Both the position numbers and the translations under genes were made by a program. Source: Heptranchias perlo (lineage: Eukaryota). Taken from it: a DNA stretch of 64,000 nt. This document shows positions 1-12,098 of the stretch, in pieces; position 1 is the stretch's first letter, and every line of letters begins with the position of its first letter. Where the stretch lies: positions 6,510,001-6,574,000 of the forward strand of contig NW_027139559.1 of assembly GCF_035084215.1 (NCBI RefSeq), given 5' to 3'. Below the pieces are notes generated by a model. The model searched no databases and had not been told where the DNA came from. It worked only from the letters and a program-made list of their open reading frames with translations.

Positions 1-2640
1 CTCAGCAAGGAACATTCTGTCAATTGTGACACACAATCAGGAACATCCTGCAAATGCTAACAGACTCTCGGGAACATCCTGTAAATACTGACGCAATCAG
101 GAACATCATGGAAATACTGACATTCACTCAGCAACATCCTGTAAATACTGAAAATCAGTGAGGAACATTCTTTCAAAACTGACACTCATTCAAGAATAAC
201 CTCCAAATACTGACACTTACTCTTGAACATCGTGTAAATACTGAAACTCACTCGGGAAAATCCTGTGAAAACTGACACATATTCAAGAACATCTTGTAAA
301 TATTGACACTCACCCAGGAACGAACTGTAAATACTGACACTCATCCAGGATCGTTCCGTACATACTGACAATCACTCGGGAACATCGTGTAAATACTGAG
401 ACCTACCAAGGAACATCGTATAAAGAAGGAATCTCGCCGAGGAGCATCCTGTAAATACTGACACTAATTCAGCAACAGCCTGTAAATACTGACACTCATT
501 TAGGATCATCCTGTAAATACTGACACACAAGCGGGATCTTCCTGAAAACACTGACACACACTCAGGAACATCCTGTAATTCCGGACACATACTCAGGACT
601 TTCCTGTAAATACTGACAATCACTCAGTGACATCGTGTAAATAAAGACACTGATTCAGGAACATCCTCCAAATACTGACACCCACTCATAAAAATCCTGT
701 AAAAACTGACACATATTCAGGAACATCCTGTAAATACTGACACTCACTCAAGAACATGCTGTAAAAACTGACATTCACTCAGCAACATCCTATAAATACT
801 GACACTCACACAAGAATATTCTGTAAATACTGACACTCACTCAAGAACTTCCTGTGAATAATGACACACGCCCAGGAACATTCTGTAAATATTTACACTC
901 ACCTGGTACATCCTGTAAATACTGACACTCAAACAGGAACATTCTTGAAATACTGACACTCACCCAGGAACATATTGTAAATACTGACACTCACCCAGGA
1001 ACATCCTGTAAATACTGACACTCACCCAGGAACATATTGTAAATACTGACACTCACCAAGGAACAGCTTGCAGATACTTACGCTCACTAAGGAACATCCT
1101 GAAAAAACTGACATGCACTGAGGAACAACCTGTCAATACTGACACTCAAACAGGAACATCCTGTAAATACTGACACGCAACCAGGAACAACCTGTAAATA
1201 CTGACACTCAAACAGGAACATCCTGTAAATACTGACACTCAAACAGGAACATCCTGTAAATACTGACAGTCAAACAGGAACAACCTGTAAATACTGACAC
1301 TCAAACAGGAACATCCTGTAAATACTGACACTCAACCAGGAACATCCTGCAACAACTGACACTCACCGAGGAACATCCTCTAAATACTGACACTCACCTG
1401 GTAACAACCTGTAAATACTGACACTCTCCTAGGAACATCATCCAAATAATGACACTCAACTTGGAACAACCAAAAATACTGACACTCACCTAGGAACAAT
1501 CTATAAATACTGACACTCACCTAGGAACAACCAGTAAATACTGACACTCATTCAGGATCATCCTGTAAATACTGGCACTCACTCAGGATCATCCTGGAAA
1601 TACTGACACGCACGCACGAACTTCCTGTAAATACTGACACGCACGCACGAACTTCCTGTAAATGTTGGACTCACAGAGGAATATCCCGTCAATGCTGACA
1701 TTCACTCAGGAACATCCTGTAAATATAAAAACTCTTTCAGGAAAAAAAGCAGCAAATACTGACACTGACCAAGGAATAAATCGTAAATAATGATACTCAC
1801 TCCGGAACATCCTGTAATTACTGACAATGACCCAGGAATAATCTGCAAATACTGACAGTCACCCAGGAATATCCTGTAAATACTGAGAATGACCCAGGAA
1901 TATCCTGTAAATACTGACATACACTCTGGAACATACTGTAAATACTGACACTCACTCAGTAACACCTGCAAATGCTGACACTCATTCAGGAATATCCTGT
2001 AAATACTGATACTCACGCAGAAACATTCTGTAAATACCCACATTCACCCAGGAGCATCCTGTGAATACTGAAACTTATACAAGTACATTCAGTTAATACT
2101 GGCACTCTCTCGGGAAAAACCTGTAAATCCTGACACTCACCCAGGAACAACCTGCAAATATTGACAATGAAACAGGAATAATCTGTCAACACTGACACTC
2201 ACACAGGCACATCCTGTAAGTACTGACAGTCACTCAGGAACATCGTGTAAATACTGACACTCACTCAGGAAACTCCTTTAAATACTCACACTCACACAGC
2301 AACACTCTGTAATATTGACACTTACCCAGGAACATTCTCTAAATACTGACACTCACTCAGGAATATCCTCGAAATACGGACACCCTCACAGCTACATCCT
2401 GTGAATAGTAACACTCCACACGGTACTTCCTGTAATTATTGAGACTCATGCAGGAAAATCCAGTGAATAATATGACTCGCTCAGCGACATGCTTTAATTA
2501 CAGGCACTCATGCAGGAACATTCTTTAAATACTGAACTATCCGAAAGAACATCCTGTAAATACTGATACTCACTGAGAAACACCTTATAAATCCTGGAAC
2601 TCGCCTGCGAACATCCTACGAAAAATGTAACGCAACTCGC
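1..2640. repeat. Minisatellite, ~31-bp unit (ACTGACACTCACCCAGGAACATCCTGTAAAT-like)
   Basis: Continuous diverged tandem copies. The minus-strand ORFs here are only repeat translations. Confidence 0.95.
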
Positions 2641-2649
2641 AACATGTTG

Positions 2650-2815
2650 TATACACTGACATACTCCCAGACCCTGTGGAAATCCTGACATACTCCCAGA
2701 CCGGGTGTATACACTGACATACTCCCAGACCCTGTGTATATACTGACATACTCCCAGACCCTGTGCATATATTGACATACTCCCAGACCCTGTGTATATA
2801 GTGACATACTTCCTG
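2650..2815. repeat. Short minisatellite, ~29-bp unit (ACTGACATACTCCCAGACCCTGTGTATAT-like)
   Basis: About 5-6 tandem copies, related to the preceding array. Confidence 0.9.
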
Positions 2816-3179
2816 TACTATTGATCAATAATTACATTCTCCGAGGATTCTATGGCATCTCTGAGACACTCCAAGGTTCAGAACTTGATTATAAACATTC
2901 CCGGGGACTCCCTGACAATCCTGTCTCACTGTACGAACCCCTGTAAACGCTCAACCACTCCCAAACATTCTGTAAATACTGCCAACTTCAATTACACTTC
3001 CTGTGAATACTGTCACAGTCCCAGGGATTAGATATCAATATTGACATTCCGTCCGGGACCCACTGTAAATACTGACACACCCCAAGGGCCCTCTTAAAGC
3101 AACCTCACACTCAGGCTCCCGATCATAGAGCTTAACTCCCAGGGACCCGTGTTCCATTAAATCTCACACCCAGAAGACC

Positions 3180-5060
3180 TGCGTAAACAGATCACCTATC
3201 CTGGAAACCCCATATAGTAATAGAGGCTCAGCAGGAGACCCTGCAATTATATCTTCCATCCCGGAAAACACCATATAGATCTATCGACTTACCAGGAGAC
3301 CCCGTAATTATATTTTCCATCCCGGAAACACCATATCTATATCGAGACTTACCAAGAGACCCTCTAATTACAACTTCCATACCGGAAAACCCCATTTAGA
3401 TACCGAAACATAGGGGGAGATCCTTTAATTACAACTTACATCCCAGAAACCCCATATCTGTATCGAGACTTACCAAGAGACGCTCTGATTAAAATTTCCA
3501 TCCCGAAAAAAACCCATATAGAGTTAGAGACTTACCAGGAGAACCTGTAATTATATCTTCTATCCCGGAAACCCCATATGGGTATAAATACTTACCAGGA
3601 AACCCCGCAATTATATCGCCATTCCCAGAAATCCCATATCGATATAGAGACTTACCAGGAGACCCCGTAATTTATCTTCTATCCCAGAAACCCTACATCG
3701 CTATAGAGACTTACCAGGAGACCATGTAATTACATTTACCATCCATATACATTATAGAGAATTAGCAGGAGTTCCCGTAATTACATCTCCCATCCCAGAA
3801 AACCCATATTGATAAAGGGACATGCCAGTCGATATCGGAATTACATCTCCCATTCTGGAACCCCACAGAGATATAAAGACTGAGCAGGACACCTCCGCAA
3901 TTACATCACCCATCCCAGAGACCGCTTCTATATATAATGACCTAAGAAGAGTGCCCGTAATGAGATCACCCATCCCGGAAACCTCATATCGATACCATGA
4001 ATTATCAGGAGACGCCTGTAATTACATTTAACATCCCAGAAACCCCACATAGATATTCAGAATTAGCAACAGAACCCCGTCATTTTATCTCGCATTCCAG
4101 AAACCCCATATAGGTGAAGAGACTTACGAGGAGACCCCAAAATTACATCGCCCATCCCGGAAAACCAATATTGACATAGAGACTTACGTGGAGTCCCCGT
4201 AATTACATCTCCCATCACGGAAAAATTCCTTACAGATATAGGGACAGACCAAGAATTCCTGTAATTATCGCTGCCATTCCTGATACCCCATACAGATTTA
4301 GAGACATCCAAGGAGACCCAGTTTCCATCCTGGAAACCATATACAGATGTAGACTTACCAGGGGATTCCTTAATAGCATTTCCGATCCTGGAAACAACAT
4401 ATAGATATAATTTCTCAGCAGAAGATCTACGTAATTATATCTCCCATCGGAGAAACCCCATATAGATATAGAGACTGAAGAGGACAGCCCAGAATTACAT
4501 CTCCCATCCCGGATAAATCATGTCGCTATCGAGACTTAGAGGGAAAACCCGTAATTGCCTCACATCCTGGAAATCGATATAGGCACAGAGGTTTACGAGG
4601 AGACCCCGTAATTACATTTTCTATCCCGACAACCCCATATGGATATAAAGACTTAACAGGAGACCCCGTAATGACATCTCGCATCCTGGAAACGCATGTA
4701 GATATCGGACTTACGAAGAGACCCCGTGCTTAAATCTCGCAACCTGGAACACATGTTGAAATAGAGACATACCAGGAGACCCCGGAATTACATCTCGCAT
4801 CCTGGAAACACATGTAGATATAGAGACTTACCAAGAGACCAAGCAATTTTATCTCGCTTCCTGGAAACACACGTAGATATAGAGACTTACCAGGAGACGC
4901 CGTAATTGCATCTCGCATCCTGGAAACAGTTGTAGATATAGAGATTTACCAGGAGACCCCGTAATTACATCTTCTTCCCAGAGATCCTATATAGATATTG
5001 AAACTTACCAGCAAACATCGTAGTTACACGTTGCGTCCCGAATACCCCAGAGACATATGC
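3180..5060. repeat. Minisatellite, ~60-bp unit (GATATAGAGACTTACCAGGAGACCCCGTAATTACATCTCCCATCCCGGAAACCCCATATA-like)
   Basis: Roughly 30 diverged tandem copies. The minus strand of many units reads ...CTCCTG/GTAAGT. Confidence 0.92.
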
Positions 5061-5620
5061 ATGCTAAGCAGGAGCTCCAGGAGAAGTGAAGATGCGGCAG
5101 TAAATTACGAGAACAGTAATGCAGTGAAAGGTAGTTTACAAAACTAACAGCTGGATATAGAGGCTTATCAACAATAGCATCATCATCGGGGAGTAGACAG
5201 TAAACGGGAAGAACAGTATCACAGTGAAACACGTGTTATAGAATTAATAGCTGATGTCGAAGTTACCAGGGACACCAACAGCAGCGAGGAGGGGATTGTA
5301 ATTTACAAGAACCGTAATACAGTGAAACATGGCTTGGAGAATTAATAGTTGGATATAGGATATAGATGATTACCAGTGAAACCAATAGAAGCGAGGAAGG
5401 AATTGTAAATGACAATAATAATAATACAGTGAAACCTGTTTTCTAGAGTTAATGGGTGAATATAGAGACTAACCAGGCGCGGCAACAAGAGCAAGGAAGG
5501 GGAAGTAAATGAGAAGAACAGTAATACAGTTGAACATGGTTTAGGGAATTAATTATATCGAATATTACCAGGGAAACCTGCAACAGCGAGGATGGGATAG
5601 TAAATCTTTTGAATAATCCG
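5060..5620 (-). repeat. Degenerate ~100-bp tandem copies of the GPCR exon 1 3' end plus splice donor
   Basis: Units start near 5064, 5165, 5262, 5370 and 5470, followed by the real junction at 5565-5617. The 5262 copy reads YNPLLAAVGVP-G/GT on the minus strand. Confidence 0.8.
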
Positions 5621-5749
5621 AAGTGCCAAATATATCCGAACAGCAAATCTTAATCCATCATAATTTGCAGAAAGATAATCAAACTCCCAGGAGAAACTCC
5701 TGCCCATTGTTGTAACATTCCAATCTACTGTCCTCAGATTATGGCCCAT
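5569..5749 (-). CDS. Exon 1 of a third GPR139/GPR142-like orphan GPCR (exon 2 expected left of the window)
   Basis: MGHNLRTVDWNVTTMG...RIIQKIYYPILAVAGFP-G followed by a phase-1 GT donor (5568-5567). Same IYYxILxxxGxP-G/GT end as the other two exon 1s. An upstream in-frame ATG exists at 5869. Confidence 0.8.
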
Positions 5750-5882
5750 TCTTGTCACTTTCCAATTTACTGATCTCAGATTCAGACGCTTTCTCCCACT
5801 CTCTGCAGAGCCGCTGATCACTGTTAAGGTCGGAGGTGGTACTTCAACTGACAAAATGGGATAACACATTGCAAGGAGCTCC

Positions 5883-5891
5883 TTATTTATA
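5883..5891 (-). promoter_or_regulatory. Putative TATA box of the minus-strand GPCR
   Basis: The minus strand reads TATAAATAA, about 140 bp upstream of the ATG at 5749. A comparable TATA lies upstream of the 43336 gene. Confidence 0.45.
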
Positions 5892-6254
5892 GCAAAGGGA
5901 AACTCTCCAGTGAAACAATTAAGGCCATTGGAGGCTGACTTGAATTACAGTCACTGAATAAACAGGTTCAGTTAACGCCTTTCAACCCAATACATTTTAT
6001 ATCACAACATATATTTATCCACGTATTTCACAGTTGTAAATCTAAAAGCTCAGCACATTATTTTAATTAATATTTGGAGAGCAGAAACTATGCGACCCGC
6101 AATCTGAGAGCATCGGTGTGAAGCGAGAGCAGCTTCAATTACAGATTGCAGATTATTTCTGAACGTGATTTATTAATTAGTTTCAGTTAGTCTCTACCCA
6201 TTTCTATAGAGTTGGGTTTACACTCAGAGATATAAACAGAATCATTTTACCAGT

Positions 6255-6850
6255 CAGCCTGAAGACCACCCTGACAATATTGGTGTAATCTCTGGATACC
6301 CCATCAATATTGGGAAATCAACGGATTATCTTGCAAATATTGGTACAGTCTCTGGGTCTACCTTTAAGTATCGGTAAATTTATGGATTGTACTGTATATA
6401 TTCGCATAGTCTATGGGTCACCCTGCAAATATTCCTGTAAACTACGATAAAGGCTCTGGATAATTCTGAAATTATTGGGCCATCTCATGATTTCCCATTA
6501 TTATTGAAACATCTCAGGATAATCCCCCAAAATATTGGCACCATTATTGCATCACTCTCTAAATACTAACACACTGTCTGCATCCCATGTAAATATTAGT
6601 CCAGTCTCTCCACGCAGAGTGAATTTCAGTGCAGTCTATGAATCTATTTGTAAATATTATTTTTGTTCTGGATCGATTTGCAATCGTTGTAGAGTGTGTG
6701 TTTCCCCTGAGATACGAATTATAGCCTTACCCTCTCATTAATTAATAGCAAGAACTCTGTAGCCTTTGCAAATATTGGTAGAGTCTCTACGTTTTCTCCT
6801 TATATAATTGAACACTAACTACATCCATTCTAAATATTGGTGCATTCCAT
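6255..6850. repeat. Highly degenerate ~30-bp satellite (CCCTGCAAATATTGGTACAGTCTCTGG-like)
   Basis: Recurring AAATATTGG..AGTCTCT motif at roughly regular spacing. Confidence 0.6.
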
Positions 6851-6904
6851 CAGACTATAGGGACTGACAGAAAGTGTAGTCTCCACGCTACACCGATAAA
6901 GATG

Positions 6905-8660
6905 AATATAAGATATCGGAGCAGCATTAGGCTATACGGCCCCTCGAGCCTGCTCCGCCATTCAATCAGATCATGGCTGATCTTCTACCAGAACTCCACT
7001 CTCCCGCCCGATTCTCATATCCCTTGGTTCCATAAGTTTCCAAAAATCTATCACCTCAGTACTCAGCGACTGAGCATCCACAGCTCCTTGGGTAGAGCAT
7101 TCCAAAAAATCACAATCCTGTGAGTAAAGAATTTTTTCTCATCTCAATCCTAAATGGCCGACCCCGTATTCTGAGACCATGACCACTTGTTCTAGACTCT
7201 CTAGCCAGGGGAAACCACCCCTCAGCATCTACCCTGTCAAGCCCGGTAAGAATTGTGTTTGCGTTTCAATGAGATGAACTCTCATTCTTCCAAACTCCAG
7301 AGAAAAAATGCCCAATCAACACAATTTCTCCTCAAAGGACAACCCTCTCATCCCTGGAATCAATCTAGTGAACCTTCGTTGCACTGCTTCTAAGGCAAGT
7401 ACATCCATCCTTATGTTCGGAGGCACAAACCGTACACATTAAATCAGGCGTACACTAAACACCTTTTTTAATTGCAGCAAGATGTCCTTCCTCTTATACT
7501 CCAACCCCATGCCATAAAGCATAACATATCATTTGCTTTCCTTATTGCTTGCTGTCCCTGCATTTTAACTTCCTGTGATTCGTTTATAACGACACCCATA
7601 TCCCTTTGAATATCAATATTTACCAGTCTCTCACATTTTAAAGAAAATTCTGCTTTTCTATTCTTCCTACAAAGTGGATGACTTCACATTTCCCCACATT
7701 ATACTTCATCTGCTACCGATTTGCCCAATCACTTGAACTGTCTTTAACTCTTTGCATCCTCTATGTGTCAATCTCACAGCTCACTTTCCCACCTAGCTTT
7801 GTACCGTCAGCAAACTTGGCTACATTACACAAGGTCGCCTCATCTAAGTCATTAATATAGATTGTAAATAGATGAGGGCCATGGACTGATCCTTGCAGCA
7901 CCCCACTAGTTAAAAACTGCCAACCCGAAAATGAACTGTTTATTCTTACTCTGTGTTTTTATTTCTGTCAACCGATCCTCTATCCATGCTAATATATTAC
8001 CCCCAACCCCACATCTTGTATGACAACCTCTTGTGATGCACATTATCAAACGCCTTTATAAAATCCAAACATACGACATCCACTGGTTCCCCCTTATCTG
8101 CCCTGCTGGATAGACCCTCAAAAAACTTTAATAGATTTGTAAAATACGATTTCCCTTTTATAAAACCGTGTTGAATCCACTTAATCAAATTATGATTTTC
8201 TTTGTGTCCTTTCACCTCAGCCCAATAATAGATTCTATCATTTTCCCTACCACTGTTGTCAGGCTAACTGGCCTGTAGTTCCCTGTATTCTCTTTCCTTC
8301 CTTTCCTGAATAGCGGGGTAATATTTGCTGCCTTAGAATCGATGGGGATCGCAGTAGAATCTAGGGAAATCTGGAAGATGAAAACGAATGCATCCACTAT
8401 CTCTGTAACCATCTCTTTTAAAACCATAGGATGTAAGCCATCAGGTCCAGGCGATTTGTTGGCTTTTAGTCCCATTAATTTATCCAGTAGCTTTTCTTTA
8501 CTAATCTTAATTACTTTAAGTTCCTCACTCTCATTCGACCCCTGGTTCACCACTATTTCCGGTACCTTTTGTGCCTTCTACTGTGAAGACATATACGACA
8601 TATTTGTTTAACGTCTCTGCCATTTCTTAATTGCCCATTATAATTTCTCCTGTCTCTGTC
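6905..8660 (-). mobile_element. CR1-type LINE fragment (ORF2 RT region plus 3' UTR), decayed
   Basis: Minus-strand peptides KSPGPDGLHP, NYRPVSLT, QHGFIKGKS and DFIKAFD, with frameshifts and stops. Confidence 0.9.
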
Positions 8661-8769
8661 TCATCTAAAACCCTTCTTTTCTAACCAGTATTGTGTGCGG
8701 CATTGCTGTCGTCGCAGCAAGACTACCGTATCTGATGTGTGGTGCAGTGTTCGTACAGTGGTTACACAC

Positions 8770-10325
8770 GTGTTAAAAAACGGGTGTAAGGAAAAACTCA
8801 ACAACTACAGGCCAGTCAGTTTAACCTCGGGAGTGAGGTAGCTTTTAGAAACGATAACCCGGGACAAAATTAATTGTCATTTTGACAAGTGTGGATAAAT
8901 TACGGAAAGCCTGCACGGATTTGTTAAAAGCAAATCATATTTCACGAACTTGATTGAGTTTTTTGAAGGGTTAACAGAGAGGGTCGATGAGGGCAATGCG
9001 GTTGATGAGGTATAAATGGACTTTCAAAAGGCGTTTGAAAAATTGCCGCATAATAGGCTTGTCATCAAAGTTCAAGCCCATGGAATAAAGGGGACAGTTG
9101 CAGCATGGATACGAAATTTATGGACTGGGAAAGATATATAGTGGTGTTCCCCGGGGGTCTGTGGTTGGACCACTGCTGTTTTTGATATATTTTAATGACT
9201 TGGACTTGGGTGTAAAGGGCACAATTTCAAAATTTGAAGATGACACAAAACTTGGAAGGGTGTTGAACAGTGAGGAGGATAGTGATAGAGTTCACTAGGA
9301 CAGAGACAGGCTGGTGGCATGTGCGGACACGTGGCTGTTGAAGTGCAACGCAGAAAAGTGTGAAATGTTATATTTCGGTGGGAAGAATGAGGAAAGGCAA
9401 TATAAACTAAAGGGTATAAACTAAAAGGGGGTGCATGAACAGAGAGACCTGGGAGCATATGAGCACAAATCGTTGAAGTTGTTAGGGCAGGTTGAGAAAA
9501 CGGTTAGCAAAGCATATGGAATCCTGGGCTTTATAAACAGAGGCATAGACTACAAAAGCAAGAATGTTATGTTGAACCTGTGTAAAACACTGGTTCGGTC
9601 ACAACTGGAGTATTGTTTCCAGATCTGGGCACAGTACTTTAGGAAGGATGTGAAGGCCTTCGAGAGGGTGCAGAAGAGATTCACTGGGATGATGCCATGG
9701 ATCAGATACATCAGAGACGGGCATAGACTGGAGAAGCTGGGGTTGTTCTCCTTATAGGAGAGAAGTTTGAGAGGAGATTTGATAGAGGTATTCAAAATCA
9801 TGAAGGGTCTGGACAGAGTAGATAGAGAAAAACTGTTCCCATTGGCGGAGGGGTCAAGAATCAGAGGACATTGATTTAAGGTGACTGGCAAAATAAACAA
9901 AGGCGACATGAGGAAAAACTTTTTGTACAGCGAGGATTCACATCCTTCTAAAGTGCGGTGCTGAGAACTGGGCACAATTACTCCTGTTGTGGCCGAACCA
10001 GTGTTATATAAAAGTTCATCATAACTTCTTTGCATTAGTACTCCATGCCTCTATTAATAAAGCCCAGGACCCCGGACGCTTTCTTGAAACTTTTTTACAC
10101 AGCGAATGGTTGTGATCTGGAATGCACTGCCTGAAGGGGGGTGGTGGAGGCAGATTCAGTCGCGGCTTTCAGAATGGTATTGGAAAAGAACTGGAAGGAA
10201 AAAATTGCAATGCTACGGGGTTAGGGCGGGACAGTGTGACTGGTTGGATTGGTCTTGCTGAGAGCCGGCACAGACTCGGCTGGCCGAATGGCCTCCTTCC
10301 GTGCTGTTGCCATTCTATGATTGTA
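8770..10325 (+). mobile_element. CR1-type LINE 3' portion, decayed, with an internal inverted insert (9934-10086)
   Basis: GVPRGSVVGPLLF, KFEDDTKLG, LVRSQLEYC and ERVQKRFT; ends in an ATTCTATGA-type tail. Confidence 0.9.
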
Positions 10326-10340
10326 TGCTGAAGTACTGAA

Positions 10341-10407
10341 CATCACGACCAGAATTCGAAGCAACGCAATCTGAACACATGGCCTTAGACCATGCGGCCA
10401 TCCTCGC
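10341..10407 (-). pseudogene. Degenerate tRNA-Leu(CAG)-like remnant
   Basis: The minus strand GCGAGGATGGCCGCATGGTCTAAGGCCATGTGTTCAG...TTCGAAT aligns by eye to vertebrate tRNA-Leu-CAG. The variable arm is lost. Confidence 0.65.
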
Positions 10408-10765
10408 TCCCGGGTGCATCATTCAAATCCATTCATCAACCGGTAACGTTCTGTTTCAAGTTGCCGGAAATCATAACATGGTTAGCGAGTCGCCGTCAAA
10501 AATGTTATATGTGGTTTGTGTTTCGCCCATGTTGATTGTCATCCATTCTCATTACACAGACGGTATTTTGGGAGTTGGTTAAAAATGTTCCGTGCTTACG
10601 TCACCAGGAATCTAAAAATAATTTAATTTCCCCACCTCACTAAAACTAAACGGTAACTATTGCCCCCATTCGATTTTGCAACTCCACCAAGTGCCGCCTC
10701 AATTAAAAAACCTGAACTAATACCATCCCTTCTCTCCGCCACTATTGTACAACCGCAAGTGTGTA

Positions 10766-11031
10766 TATACAAAGTGTAAACAATTTTACAACACCAAGTT
10801 ATAGTCCAGCAATTTTATTTTAAGTTATCAAGTTTTTGGAGGCTTCCTCCTTCCTCAGGTGAACGTTGTTGGAAAACGTTCAACAACGTTCACCTGAGGA
10901 AGGAGGAAGCCTCCGAAAACTTGTGAATTTAAAATAAAATTGCTGGACTATAACTTGGTGTTGTAAATTTGTTTACAATTGTCAACCCCAGTCCATCACC
11001 GGCATCTCCACATCATGGCTATACAAAGTGT
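10766..11031 (+). mobile_element. Short Penelope-type terminal-repeat insertion (inverted + direct copy + ~40-nt extension) with a 12-bp flanking duplication
   Basis: Palindrome at 10775-10977. TATACAAAGTGT occurs at 10766-10777 and 11020-11031. The sequence resembles the Penelope 3' end at 15735-15820. Confidence 0.85.
10889..10927 (+). ncRNA. Minimal hammerhead ribozyme-like motif (Penelope type)
   Basis: TTCAC-CTGAGGA-A-GGAGG-AAG-CCTCC-GAAA-ACTT-GTGAA: CUGANGA and GAAA boxes, a perfect stem II and stem I TTCAC/GTGAA. Confidence 0.65.
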
Positions 11032-11103
11032 GAGTGTGTTTATTTGACTGTGATATTTATGTAATGGTAGCCTCCAATCCCTTCCTGTCTATGGAAAGTT
11101 TGT

Positions 11104-11180
11104 TTGTGACGAAAGTCGAATCGCGCCCTGACAATACTGGAGCATCAATGTCCGGGCTCAGGCCACTCCACCACGCTCTA
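11104..11180 (-). pseudogene. Highly degenerate tRNA-Leu(AAG/TAG)-like remnant, left-arm copy
   Basis: Mirror copy of the 12099-12177 remnant. Confidence 0.4.
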
Positions 11181-12098
11181 TATCAATGTTGTCCAATAGA
11201 AGTTGTTGACTAATCGCAGGTGTGGTTATGGCGACACCGTTTTATCCACATGAACGGATTTTAGTAGAAAATATCTCCCACACACAATACAGGGAAATGG
11301 AGTTCACATGTGTGTATTTCAGAACATCTTTCACCATTCAGTAACCAAGGAAGTAAAACAGTCACAACGACGAAACAACACTCGCACACTCTGCTTTTCA
11401 TCTTATCATTTTACCAACACAAAAAGGTTAAAGTTCACATGCAAACCACATGCGAATATGAGTATTGAGATCACAGGCCCAAAGAATGTGTTCATTATTC
11501 ATTTTTATTTAGTGGCCAAGGTATTGGACAACACTGGTCTGTGTCACTTCTGACATTTAGACCTTTACAAAGACAGAATTATATTTTCTTCTTTCGGCTT
11601 TGGTGATTTTTCAGCCCACTTGAATTGTTCCTTCCAAAAAACCAGCCCGACATCCTTCCGCGGCAGGTTTATTTTTATTTGTTGTAAGAATGTATAGCCT
11701 TGGGGTTCAGCAGAACACGGCCGGTCCAATCAATCCATTGTGACACAGACCAGCGTTGTCCAATACCTTGGCCACAAAATAAAAATGAGGAATGACCACA
11801 GTCTTCGGGCCTGTGATCTCAAAACTCATATTCGCATGCGGTTTGCATGTGAACTTTAACCTTTTTGTGTCGTTGGTAAAATGATAAGATGAAAAGCAGA
11901 GTGTGCGAGTGTTGTTTCGTCGTTGTGAGTGTTTTACTTCCTTGGTTACTGAATGGTGAAAGATGTTATGAAATACACACATGTGAAGTCCATTACCCTG
12001 TATTGTGTGTGGGAGATGTTTTCCACTAAAATCTATTCACGGTGTCGCCATAGTCACACCTGCGGTTAGTCAGCAATTTCTATTGGACAACATTAATA

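Noticed and set aside
8745-8772. Possible tRNA-Val 5' fragment (GTACAGTGGTTACACACGT)
   Set aside because: Under 30 bp and cut by a LINE; cannot be distinguished from chance.
10555-10615. Possible tRNA-Ile-like remnant (AGTTGGTTA...GTGCT) in the palindrome arms
   Set aside because: The match is too short and no T arm or B box is visible.
11308-11982. Pair of near-identical small ORFs on opposite strands
   Set aside because: A by-product of the inverted duplication, with no recognisable protein features.
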